A DNA stretch of 64,000 bases, taken from assembly GCF_009914755.1 (NCBI RefSeq), contig NC_060934.1; one strand, 5' to 3'. Source of the stretch: the human T2T-CHM13v2.0 reference genome, Homo sapiens. Shown one piece after another: positions 50,024 through 64,000 of the stretch. A program made the position numbers and the translations under genes. The notes under the pieces were generated by a model that was given only the letters and a program-made list of their open reading frames with translations, ran no database searches and was not told where the DNA came from. Numbering within the stretch: position 1 is the first letter of the stretch; every line of letters starts with the position of its first letter.

Positions 50024-51529
50024 ACTTACAGGTGGATGGGATCTCTACCTTTTGTCCCACCATGTTTTTAATGGTCACCAACATTTTGGTTCAAAGAGAA
50101 TTCCTCCTTTATAATGATAAATCTCTCTTGGTTTTACAAAGCAATGCTATTTGACTAAATTTAACTTCTTAGGTATTGAGTCTGTATTTGTAGATGTGAA
50201 GCTTTTTAACTCTGAGGAGCTCTAGGTAATTATTTCACCCAAATAATCCTATGAACACTAGAATCTATTCTAAAATATCAGATCTAGGCTATGGATCAGG
50301 GGAGACTTTGAGGCAGAGAGAAGAGAAGCTGTTTAATTTAGGAGGCAAAAAGTGGGGGCAGGAGGAAGAGAAGCTCATTGAGAAATAGTAAAAAAAGGAC
50401 TTACTGGAATGTTGTATTCATGGGCAAGAAAATGCCGATTCATTTTACAGTGTGCTACATGATATTCCAGACCTCGAACTTCAGGATGCATTAAAATCAC
50501 TTGGCACTCTTGTTCAAATGTGTTTAACCCACCTCCAGAGATTCTAGTTCAGTTGATCTGGTGGCAGGAGGTAGTGGGTGGGGTGGGCAGAAATGGAAAT
50601 TCTGATGCCATTGATCCAATTTTAAAAAATGACTGTTTTAGACTAACTTTTCAGAAACGTTTAAAAATGTTTCTATGTTCATTTAAATAATAGCTGTCAA
50701 TTGTGATTGAGGAATCACACCAGCATGAGTAGTTTATTTTGTCATTTAGCCCAGGTTCTAATTCATGGCATCTATGCCAAGTGAGGAACAAAGTGGGCTT
50801 TGTTAATTGCCTGCCAATACCTTGTTTCCCAGCACAGAACTCTCTAGAAGCTGGATTGCACCATGTGCTTTAGGCTGGAGCTAATGTTTGGCCTTTTATT
50901 TCCTCTTCTCTGGATTTCTGCCTATTTTATCTCTTGTCCTTCCCTCCAAAATAAATGATAGGCAGGGCCCTGCTACCGTAGCACCAGGCAAAGTCTATTG
51001 GTTACACCCTCCAGTGACCTAGGAAAGGGAGCAGGACAGAGAGGGACCATTTTGGTTGTAAAGATAAAAATTGGAACCAAAGGCAACAAGCCTCAAGTAG
51101 TTAATGAGGAACCTTAAAATGATGAGAAAAAGAGATTTTTGAAAGTTAAATTAGTGACTCTAATGAATTCACTTTAGCATGTGATGCCTAATCTCATTCT
51201 TGCCTGGTATCAATGACCAGCACCCACCAGTCAAGGCTCCTTTGCCCATGGCGAGGGCAGTTGTTTGGGCCAGCCAGAATCCCCTTGACACCAGAGAGGA
51301 GAGGCCAGGCCTCCTGTCCTGAGGTGGAAGCCAGTCCTGTTCTTCCTGTTGCATGGGCAGTTGGAATCCAGAGTGCACAAGAGAAGATAAAAGTCGTGCT
51401 TTGCAAGGGAACTGATCTTTAACACAGCAACCTTGGCTGATGAGGCTTAGGTTTTCACAAAGGAGATCCACCTACTCCTCAGAGTTGGTGCAAGCAGGAG
51501 GGCAGAAAAAGAATCTAAAATGTGGACAG

Positions 51530-51835
51530 GGCTGGGAGTGGTGGCTCACACCTGTAATCCCAGCACTTTGGGAGGCCGAGTCAGGCAGATCAATTAAGCC
51601 CAGCAGTTCGATACTAGCCTGGCCAACATGGTGAAACCCCGTCTCTACAAAAAATACAACAATTAGCCAGGCGTGGTGGCAGGCACCTGTAATTCCAGCT
51701 ATTTGGGAGGCTCAGGCATGAGAATTGCCTGAACCAAGGAAGTGGAGGTCGCAGTGGGCCAAGATCATACCACTGCACTCCAGCCTGGGCAACAGAGTGA
51801 GAACCTGTCTCAAAAATAAATAAAATAAAATGAAA
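51530..51835 (+). mobile_element. AluS
   Basis: Full dimer; TSD aaatgtg(g/a)acagg. Confidence 0.92.
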
Positions 51836-52149
51836 TGTGAACAGGAGTTGGCTCCTGTAGAGACCAAGTCCGAAATCAGATGCAGGGGAATAAGAACCTG
51901 ACCTTCAACTCTTTCTCCTGCTTTTACGACTTTTCTCCCTTTCTCCTTCTTTTTCCTTCCTTCCTCCATCTCTTCTGTTTTTTTTTTTTTTCCTTTTAAA
52001 GACCAAAGACAAATTTTTCATATAGACCAACCTTAAGACAAGCTCAAGGAAGTAGCATTGTTCACACCTCTCCTTTTCTTCTTGTTCTGATATGGCCCCA
52101 ATCTAGCTTGGGTTCAGTGTTGCCCCCTCATTTTGATACTCACACACTG

Positions 52150-52432
52150 TTTCTCTATCTCTCTCCCTTCTTTCCTTCCTTCCTTCCTTCCTTCCTTCCT
52201 TCCTTCCTTCCTTCCTCCCTCCCTCCCTCCCTCCCTAGCTCCTTCCTTCCTCTCTCTCCTTCTCTCTTTCTTTCTCTCACCCTCTTTCTCTTTATCTCTC
52301 TCTCTTTCTCTTTCTTTCTTGATAGGATCTTGCTATGTTGCCCAGGCTGGTCTCGAACCCCTGGCCTCAAGTGATCCTCCTGCTTCAGCCTCCCAAAGCA
52401 TTGGGATTACAGGCATAAGTCACCATGCCTGA
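52150..52432 (-). mobile_element. FLAM_C with (TTCC/TCCC/TC)n expanded tail
   Basis: Monomer 52321-52432; pyrimidine tract 52150-52320. Confidence 0.85.
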
Positions 52433-52903
52433 CTCTTACACACTCTGATAACAGCAACTGTTACTGAGCTGAGCACATAGTAGGAGCCTTGTAAAAGCAC
52501 AGAGTCAGTCAAATGCATATAGGCTGTCTCAAGTTGAAGCAGCTGTGTCCCAGAGGATTACTCAATGCTAAATTTCTTCTGTCCTATGTTACATTCTCTC
52601 TTGCTCCCACTTGCTTTGATCACCCACCCATCCTCAGAGATGTGTGTCCACCTGACCTGCCTGGCTCTGGCATTTTTATGAGGTGGTTGTGTTCTGATGG
52701 TGATCATGGCCCTGGTTCTAACTCTGCCTCATCCTCCCCATAGTGAGCAAGCTTTTCCCTCCCACCCTGCCCTCATAGCCTCTGTATTTGCGTTGATGTG
52801 CTTATCTCTGGGCTGAGAGCTGATTTGGTCTTCCCTGGCTACAGGGCTGAAGTAGGGCTGGTTGATACAGAGGTGCTCGGTCTGTCCTTAAGACCAGGGA
52901 TGG

Positions 52904-53338
52904 TGTGTTAGTTTCCTTGGACTGCCATAACAAAGAACCACGAACTGAGCAGCTTCAACAACAGACATTCATTGTCTGAAAGTTCTGGAGGCTCCAAGTC
53001 CAAGATCAAGCTGTTGCAGGATTGTGGGCTCTGAGGTAGAATCTATTCTCGGCTAATTTCGTGGCTTCTGGCACTTTGCTGGCGATCTTTGGGATTCCTT
53101 TTCTTATAGAAGCATCACCCCAGTCTCTGCCTTCATATTCACATGGCCTTCTCCCTGGGTGCATGTCTGTGTCCAAATTTCCCCTTTTGATAAGGACACT
53201 AATCATGTGGGATGAGGGGCGTGTCCTACTCATGTGTGATTTCATCTTAACTAATTACATCTGCAATAACCTTATTTCCAAATAAGGTCACATTCCAAGG
53301 TACTGGGGGTTAAAACCTCCACATCTTCTTGGGGGACC
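52904..53338 (-). mobile_element. MLT1 (MLT1C-like) MaLR LTR
   Basis: tgtgttagtttcc...ccataacaaa...ccaaataaggtcacattc. Confidence 0.82.
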
Positions 53339-53567
53339 CTTAAGAGATGGTGACTTTTCTGTCGCCATCTTTCACATCTGTCACTTGCATCTATTAACCT
53401 CTTTCCTGGGGCTGAGACTAGAGTGAAACAAATGAGAACTCATGGGGAACAATAAATTTAAGGGGACATAAAGTAGCTCAGCAGTCAAGATAAATTATAT
53501 TTTAAATGAAGTGGGTTTTTAAATATATATATATTGTGTCTTTTTTTGGTCAGTTTTTTAGTGTTTT

Positions 53568-53851
53568 TAATTTTTTTTTTTATTTTTGAAGCAGAGCCTC
53601 ACTTTGTTGCTCAGGCTGGAATGGAGTGGTACAATCATGGCTCACTGCAGCCTCCATCTCCCAGACTCAAGGGATCCTCCAGAGCCTCAGAGTCCAGATT
53701 AGCTGGGACTACAGGCATACATATGCCTGGCTAATTTATATATGTTTTTTGTATAGATGGGGTCTCTCTGTATTGCCCAGGCCTCAATCAGTTCACCCAC
53801 CTTGGCTTCACAAAGTGTTGGAATGACAGTCATGAGCCACTGCACCCAGCT
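53568..53851 (-). mobile_element. Diverged AluJ
   Basis: Antisense dimer. Confidence 0.85.
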
Positions 53852-54635
53852 GTGAAATGTTTTTAAATGTAAAAGTCAATGGGAAAAAATCCATGATGAA
53901 CAAAATATTAACGTCATAAAGAAAGGCAGGATCTGCCCTCACGCTTGCACGGTGGAGCCTCTCTCATCTCATCCCGTCTTTGCCTGCCCCAACATTGGCT
54001 TAATGGGGACTGAGCAAACCAAGGCCCACCCCGCCCCCTGTAGCTGGGACCCTTACCTCTTGTTACCCTTGACTATAGTTTCTTTAACTTCAGAACACAA
54101 CCAAAGATGCTTTGTTGGATTTTGGAATTCAGAAGGCTTGTTTAACACTAGGTTTGAACCTTATTAATTTCCTACTTCAGTGATTCTCTGCCAAGTCTTT
54201 TATACTCCTCTCAAGCTCTGTGTTTGATTAGAATACTTTCATTCCTTGAACTCAGACACTTCTTGGAGGGGGATCTTGCTGATTAGTTTGATGTCATGTG
54301 GCCCTGTCAACATTCCTTCATCTTTGCTGTTTTTTTTTTTTTTTTTTTTTTTTTTAAATACCAAATGAAGGTGCACTTAGGTACGGAACTCTCTCTCTGG
54401 GTGGTGCTCCTTCCCTGGTCTCCTGTAGGGTTGGACCGGAACGCTCTCGGTGTTCACTTCTAGGGTCAGAACACATCTGGAGCAGGATTATGAAGCAGCA
54501 TTTCCCCTGCAATCTGTCAAACTCGCCAACAACTAGAGAAATCACCCTGATTCCTGAGAGAGATTACCAGGAAGCCTTTTTCAGGGGCAGACGGGGTTAT
54601 TTTGCCAGTGTAGCAGAAAAAAGGTAAATAACAGG

Positions 54636-55544
54636 TGTAAACCAAAAATAAAATTCTAAGCCTCCAGAATGACTAAATGGATCTCCCTCTTGGCCGAGGC
54701 ATTCCAAAGTAAACCTGAAAAACTAGTTCAAGCTGTGATGGGAAGAGGGGCTTGTTGGATAGACCTCCTTATGCCCTCCTCCCTTTGGAATTCAGGCTCA
54801 ACTGACCAGGGTTAACATTAAAACAGAGATCTTAGGACTGACAAAGCAGACTCTTTGTAGTGGGAAGACACCAAATTCCAACCTGACTCTAGTATAGCAT
54901 CATAGGACAGATGGCAGGCCCTGAAAGACACTGAAGTATTTTACTCCAAAATAGATTTCTTTGACATCTTTTTAAATGGCCCTGAAAAACTGTCTTTTGT
55001 GAGGAAATCTACATTCTGTAGAGAATCCTCTTCCCTTTCTAGGTCTTTACCTCATCTGGGAGATATTTAACTAAGGGTTCGGCAAGTTTTTAGGTCTGAT
55101 AAAAGACATTTGTTCTCTATTCTCTCTACAGCCTAGAGGCTTCATTTGCATAATGAAATCCCTGGTCTTCACAACCCCTTATCTTAACCTAGAAGACTTT
55201 CCTTTCTGTTGATTCCAGGTCTTTGGATAATAACTTAACGCTTTCAACTGATTGGCAATCAGAACATTTTTGAATCCACTATGACCTGGAAGCCATACCC
55301 ACTCTCCCAGCCTGTCCCCCACAACTGCTTCCAGACCCAACCAATGTACACCTTACATGTATTAATTGATGTCTGCCTACAACTTCTGTCTCTCTAAAAG
55401 ATATAAAATTAAGCTGTAACCCAACCACCTTGGGCACATGTTCTCAGGACCTCTTGGGGCTGTGTCACGGGCCTTGGTCACTCATATCTGACTCAGAATA
55501 AAGCTTCTGAAATATGTCACAGAGTTTAACTCTTTCCATTGACA
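54636..55544 (+). mobile_element. MER4-family (MER4D-like) ERV1 solo LTR
   Basis: tgtaaaccaaaaataaaattctaag start, ...ttccattgaca end; perfect TSD CAGG 54632-35 / 55545-48. Confidence 0.88.
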
Positions 55545-56162
55545 CAGGTGAGTTTGTGTTGCCCACTGCTTGTTATGTGTTACAGTAAGAACGAGATGAT
55601 CCATTTGCAGAGCTTTGCCTTTTCTGTGGCCAGGTGGGCAGCTGAAGAGACTTGACATGTAGGCCAGTCATTCCATCTGTTCCCAACTCTTTCAGCCTCC
55701 TTCTGGGATCCTGTTTTTCCTGCCATCACCCAGCTGAACCCAGACTTTATTCTTTTATAACACACCCCCAGCACACAAATTTATGCACCTACACCAAATT
55801 CACTTGCCAGCCACCTCGTTCAATAGCTGTGAATATTTCTGTAGCCTCTTTCTTTTGTGAACTGCAAATAATGACCAGCCTAGTCTCTATGGTTATATTT
55901 AGGGGGAAAAGATTCTCTGTAGTAGATTTCTTTTATTAATTAATGTTCTATTTTTTCCATTCACTGATACCCTACATTTTATAGCTTCTAGGAAAATTAT
56001 ACTTGGTACAGTACTTTGACCCTAAATGTGTCCATGTGCAGGAAATAGTACAGTAATTGACACCCAGTTAGTGTTTAGTTAATCGTAGTTCTAAATTATG
56101 TGTCTAATGAAGAAAATTTGGAAATCACTTTGCTTAAGAATAAGGAAGTTTTGCAGGGCAAA

Positions 56163-56525
56163 TGTATTAGTCTGTTCTCACGCTACTAATAAAGACATAC
56201 TGGAGACTGTGTAATTTATAAAAAAAGAGGTTTAATGAACTCATGGTTCCTTATGGCTGGGGAGGCCTCACAATCATGGCGGAAGATGAAGGAAGAGCAA
56301 AGGGACTTCTTACATGGCAGCAGGCAACAGAGCTTGTGCAGGAGAACTCTTGTTTATAAAACCATCAGATCTCGTGAGACTTCACTCCCTATCATGAGAA
56401 CAGCATGAGGGTAACCACACCCATGATTAAATTACCTCCCACTGGGTCCCTGCCACGACAAGTGGGGATTATGGGAACTACAATTCAAGATGAGATTTGG
56501 GTGAGGACACAGCCAAACCATATTA
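56163..56525 (-). mobile_element. THE1 (THE1D-like) solo LTR
   Basis: Antisense THE1; perfect 5-bp TSD GCAAA. Confidence 0.92.
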
Positions 56526-57783
56526 GCAAACATTTGAGCAAATGTGCTATCAACATTAAGAAGACCAACATCTAGGAGGCAGCACAGAGCTAATGCAAGA
56601 GCATTACACTTGGAGTCAGGATTGCTAAGAGCTCCTTGCAGATCTGCTACTGGGTGACTTGCAGATCTGCTACTGGGTAACTTCTCTGGGCCTCAGTTTC
56701 CTCATGTGTAAAACCAAGAGGACTGGCAGAAACACTAGCGGAGAGCCCTTCCGGCTCTAAGTCTGTGACACTTTGATGGCTCTTGTTCCTGGATGAAGGG
56801 ACACCACTGGGAGAAATTTCTTCCTCCATAAGTCAACAAATTGGAATTAAAGTGCCTATGATTCCCTCCGTGAAGTTCGGTGCTGCCAACGATCACGATT
56901 CTCATGAACTCAATAAATTGTGCAATATTCTGGAAACAGCTGCCTCTCAGGGGTGGTGTTTAAGTCATCCAACTGGGAAAACAGAGGACACAAAATAATC
57001 GTAAAATGGTTTCAGGGAGACATAAGACTGACAGAAATAGAATCCCTGCTCTTTCTGGAATCGAACACTGCTGTTGCACCACAATTTCTGTGAGTTGGAC
57101 CTAAAAGGAATGTCTTTACTTTTCAGGACTTGCTTTTTGTTCCTTAAAGAGCCAGGGAAATATGAAAGCAATCGATTTCTTCAGAATTCCAAAAGAAAGA
57201 TATTGCTGTTTGCAAGACAAAGAAAAAAATTAAATGGAGATGGCAGCCTGTGTGTGCTGTTCCCTTCAGCAACGAGCAAACTGTGACCCAATTTGCAAGC
57301 CCTTGCAGGTTTGCAGGGTAGACCCTGGCGCTATCTCTTCCCATTAGTTTCTCTGGCAGTAGGACTGGCTGGGAGAAATTGGCTCAGTAGTACATCAGTA
57401 GTTATATTACACAGCAGCTGTGGAAAATTATTAAACTAACAGAGAGACAAATGGCTTGGGAGAGAATAAAGTTAGCAAGTCTGGAAACCCCCATTACAGT
57501 ACATTATGTTGAGTTCCTTCTCCCTCTAGATTAAGACCCTGGTTCCTAAATGAGAATCCAAATTACAGCTAAACTTACTTTACTTACCTGTCTTCTTTTA
57601 AATTTGTTTCTCATTTTTCTTTGGCCAGTTAGAGATCATAGAACACTGTCCCATCTTATGCCATTTCTTTCCTCTTTGGTCTTGGACCATCTCTTCCTCT
57701 GTGCTGTCACTGGAGATATACAATTACACACGTTCAATCTCATGTGTTCCTCATACACACACACACTCATGTGGATACCCTGA

Positions 57784-58176
<393 letters not shown>

Positions 58177-58257
58177 TGAGACTCCAGTGTCTGGGCTCTG
58201 GTTGAAAGGCCACTCTGAATTTTTTTCCACTCTCTGTGGTAGTTGGAACTATGTCTA

Positions 58258-58740
<483 letters not shown>

Positions 58741-58854
58741 TTATTTCTTTCACCTTCTGCTTATAGCCGCTGTGTAGTTGACATGAAACAAAGTGATTAG
58801 AGAAAAGGGACAAATGCTTTTATTTAGCTGCTGTTGTTGGAGCTCTCTCGGCTG

Positions 58855-59147
<293 letters not shown>

Positions 59148-59611
59148 TTTCCTGGCTGTTGATGTCTGTAGATGGAGGCATCAGAAACCTGACTCTCCAG
59201 GTGGGTCACAGGTGGGTGCTTTGGAGGGTGATGTGCTTGCCTCCCCATGTATAGTTTGCTGATGTGGGGAGCTCATCTGGCTTGATGTTTCTGGCTGCAC
59301 CACTCAGCCCCCATGCCCCCTGGCATGCTCACAGCAAGTGTGGCTTAGGTATTGTCCTGGGAAGCCTGGTCAGAGCTTTCCCCATTCTACAATGTCCAGG
59401 GCAGCTCTCACCTCCTGGCCATGCCATGGGGTGGGGTGTAGACCTTGTTACTGCTGCCCTCTGTTCTTCATGAAGAGCAGAGGAGCAGGTCTGCTGCAAC
59501 AGAGGCTGTCCACCTGAAGACTGCCTGCCAGTGAGTCTTGCCTTCACCCCTATTCTTCACAAATGATCCTTTGGAGCCCCCCTGTATGTGGCTTTTGGGA
59601 GGGCATACCCA

Positions 59612-60567
<956 letters not shown>

Positions 60568-61599
60568 GAGTACATTGCCCCTTCACCTGCTAGTGGGGAA
60601 GAGAGAGAAAAGGCCCCAGCACCTTTCATCTAAGTCAACAACTCCCAATTCCAACTAGTTTTTTGCAAATATGATCTGGGGGCAAATGGTGGATTGATTG
60701 TAGCAGGGTCAAATAGCCTTGGAGAAGTGTCTGGCTTCCATCCAAGTCAATTATCTTTAGGGGCCGTTAGTATTACTGTTTTCAACCTTGGGTTTTTGGC
60801 CACAATTCCCAGACAACAGAAAAAGTCCTGTTCAACATCCTGCTACCCATGAGAAAAGCAGTGGTCCCAATACCTTTATTCTTTTATAATCACGATGTTG
60901 AACAAGTATGGCTTCAGGGTGTAATTATTAAGTCATTTTATTTTTGTCTCCTATAGCTCCTTTGTGCTGTGGAGCTAATTAGTCTCTTGCTCCTGGATCA
61001 CCATGACTTTTATGGTCACCTTCAGGGAATGAGAAGTCTTCTAATCAGTAATTAATGTCTCATTCAGAGACATCACCAAAACTTGCCACTTCATTCAAGG
61101 TTACAGCTATACCCTTTTCCCTACCATTGTAGGTGCTGAGAGGGAGGGGAGTGGTTGACTTTGATTTTCTCCAACTTGAGCTTTGATTTGCCAGCCACAT
61201 CCCCCGACACTCTGGTTTTCTATCTCTGTGAGATTAGAGGAGAGGAGAGAGGACAAGGAAGGGAATGCCCCAGGCTTGTCTTTACCGAAGGTAAAACATC
61301 ACCCACATAGGGTATCTCTAGAGAACCCATGAGAGCCCTCATCAGTCACTGTAAACCGTCAGAGCCCAGAGAGTGAGAGGCCAGCCTAGGACAGATTCAG
61401 TCACGTGGAGCTTTCCTTCTCCTTCCTTCCTTGTCCATTTTTCATTTATTTGGCCCCGTCTGCTGGAGTGTCTCCGTGCTCCTGCCCTAAATGTTCCTAA
61501 TTTCTGTCTCCTCTTCTTCCTCTGAGGGATGCCTCGGGGTAGGTGTTTCTCAACATTCTGACTTTTACTTTCTTCTCCTCTTTTTGATACTCTAGCTGC

Positions 61600-61875
61600 T
61601 GTTTGTTGTGTTTGTTTGTTTTTGGAGATGAGGTCTCCCTATGTCACCCAGGCTAGTCTTGAACTTCTGTCCTCAAGCAATCCTTCCACCTCCACCTCCC
61701 AAGTAGCTGGGACTACAGGCACACGCCACCATGCCTGGGTGATTTTTAATTTTTGTTTTTGTAAAGACAGGGTCTCACTACATTGCCCAGGCTGGTCTCA
61801 AACTCCTGGGCTCAAGTGATCTTCCTGCCTCAGCCTCCCTAAGTGCTGGGATTGCAGGTGTGAGCCATCATGCCT
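61600..61875 (-). mobile_element. Alu dimer made of two left-type (FLAM-like) arms
   Basis: 3' arm lacks the right-arm gagtgcagtgg...ctcactgca segment. Confidence 0.75.
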
Positions 61876-61930
61876 GTTTGGCTGGTGTTTTTCATGTGTT
61901 CCTGCGGCTTTGACTCTTAGGTTGAGGTGA

Positions 61931-62246
<316 letters not shown>

Positions 62247-62586
62247 AGGTGGCTGATTTTAAAATCTGCATTTCCAGAACTCCCTCTCCTCTGAGCTCCA
62301 GTTCTGTATTCCTGATTGTACATTGGAGATCTTGACCCAAAAGGCCCACAGCCTTCTAAAGTCCCACATGTTTCAAAGGAAAGCCATCGCTCTCCTGCCC
62401 CCTTCCACCTCCCTCTCAATCCTTGTTTTTCTTAACTGTACCTCTGTTCTCCATCCACCCAGGCTGCCCAACATCTGACTGCTCCTTCTTCCTTAGTCTC
62501 TACATCAAATCCACCAAGTCCTTCCATTCTGCCTTCTCAATAGCTTTTTGTTTTGCTTTTTAATCTTATCAAAATTGAATTGTTAA

Positions 62587-62955
62587 AATTTTTTTTTTGC
62601 TTTATTTCAATAGCTTTAGGAGTAAAGGTGGTTTTTGATTACATGAACGCATTGTATGGTGGTGGAGTCTGGGCTTTCAGTGTACCCATCACCCGAACAG
62701 TGAACATTGTACATAATAATTTTTCATCCCTTATCCCCCTCCCACACTTCCCCCTTCTGAGTCTCCAAAGCCCATTATATCTCTGTATGCCCCTGTGTAC
62801 CCAAAGGTTAGCTCCCATGTGTAAGTGAGAGCATGTGGTATTTGGTTTTCCATTCCTGAGTTGCCTCACTTAGGATGATGGCCTCCAGATCCATCCAAGT
62901 TTCTGCAAAAGACATTATTTTCCTCTTTTTTTTAAATGGCTGAGTAGTATTCCAT

Positions 62956-63005
<50 letters not shown>

Positions 63006-63735
63006 ATATGGTTTGGCTGTGTCCCCACTCAAATATCATCTTGAATTGTAGCTCCCATAATTCCCACGTGTCATGGGAAGGTCTCATTGGGAGGCAATTT
63101 AATCATGGGGGCGGGTCTTTCCCATGCTGTTCTCGTGGCTGTGAATAAGTCTCACAAGATCTGATGGCTTTATGAAGGGGGGTTCCCCTGCACATATCTT
63201 CTTGCCTGCCGCCATGCAAGATGTGACTTTGCTTCTCTTTTGCCTTCTGCCATGATTGTGAGGCCTCCCCAGCCATGTGGAACTGTGAGTCAATTAAACC
63301 TCTTTCCTCTATAAATTACCCAGTCTCAGGTATGTCTTTATTAGCAGCATGAGAGCTGACTAATACAGTGTGTGTGTGTGTACACACCACATTTTCTTTG
63401 TGCACTCATCAGTTTATGGGCATTTAGGTGATTCCACATCTTTGCAATTGTGAATTGTGCTGCAATAGACATTTGCATGCAGGTGTCTTTTTAATATAAT
63501 GATTTATCTTTCTTTGAGTAGATGTCCAGTAACGGGATTGCTGGATTGAATGGTAGATATACTTTTTGCTCTTTGAGAAATCTCCAGACCGTTTTCCACA
63601 GAGGTTGTACTAATTTACATTCCCACTAACATTGTATTCGCTTTCCCTTTTCATCAAATCTGTGCCAACATCTATTATTTTTTGACTTTTAAATAATGGC
63701 CATTGTGATGGGGGTAAGGTGGCATCTTACCACAG
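62587..63735 (-). mobile_element. L1PB-like 3' end with (TG)n and nested THE1
   Basis: Antisense L1 3'UTR; (TG)n 62957-63000. Confidence 0.9.
63004..63367 (+). mobile_element. THE1 (THE1D-like) solo LTR
   Basis: tgatatggtttgg...ctaataca; TSD gtatg/gtgtg inside the TG tract. Confidence 0.92.
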
Positions 63736-64000
63736 GGGCTTTTGAATGGGACTCCTCCTCCCCATCACAGCTGCTCCTCCCTTGGTCCAAAACTCAGAGG
63801 CAACAGTCTGTCTTTCTATCAATATGCTTTTAAAATACATACATACATACATAAATATTTTTGTAGACTGGGATCATACTCCTCCTGTTATTCTATAAAT
63901 TGATTTTTTTCCCACTTAACAATATATTGTGGAAATCTTTTAAAGTCACTTCTTATTCATCCACAATAGTTTTCAAATATTATGACAGTTGAGGACTTTG

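Overview
Primate (human or great-ape-like) genomic DNA, judged from AluJ/S/Y, L1PA/PB, LTR12C and MER41B content. It is repeat-dense and apparently intergenic or intronic; no multi-exon protein-coding gene was recognised. The only gene-derived feature is a full-length RPL7A processed pseudogene on the minus strand (about 40272-41164). Its frame is open except for a nonsense change 7 codons before the normal stop. It sits antisense inside a MER41B solo LTR that keeps both tandem GAS (STAT-type) motifs, and that LTR sits inside an Alu monomer. The rest is about 38 Alus, several L1/L2/MIR fragments, DNA-transposon relics and many solo LTRs (MER52, LTR12C, two MER34-type, MER4D, MER57, three THE1, MLT1s). 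The most unusual local structure is a miniature duplication-inversion-duplication at an Alu 5' junction (11379-11524) that forms a 47-bp inverted repeat. Repeat family names come from my recall of consensus sequences, not from a database run. I found no convincing undescribed biological system; the best leads are regulatory and structural hypotheses.
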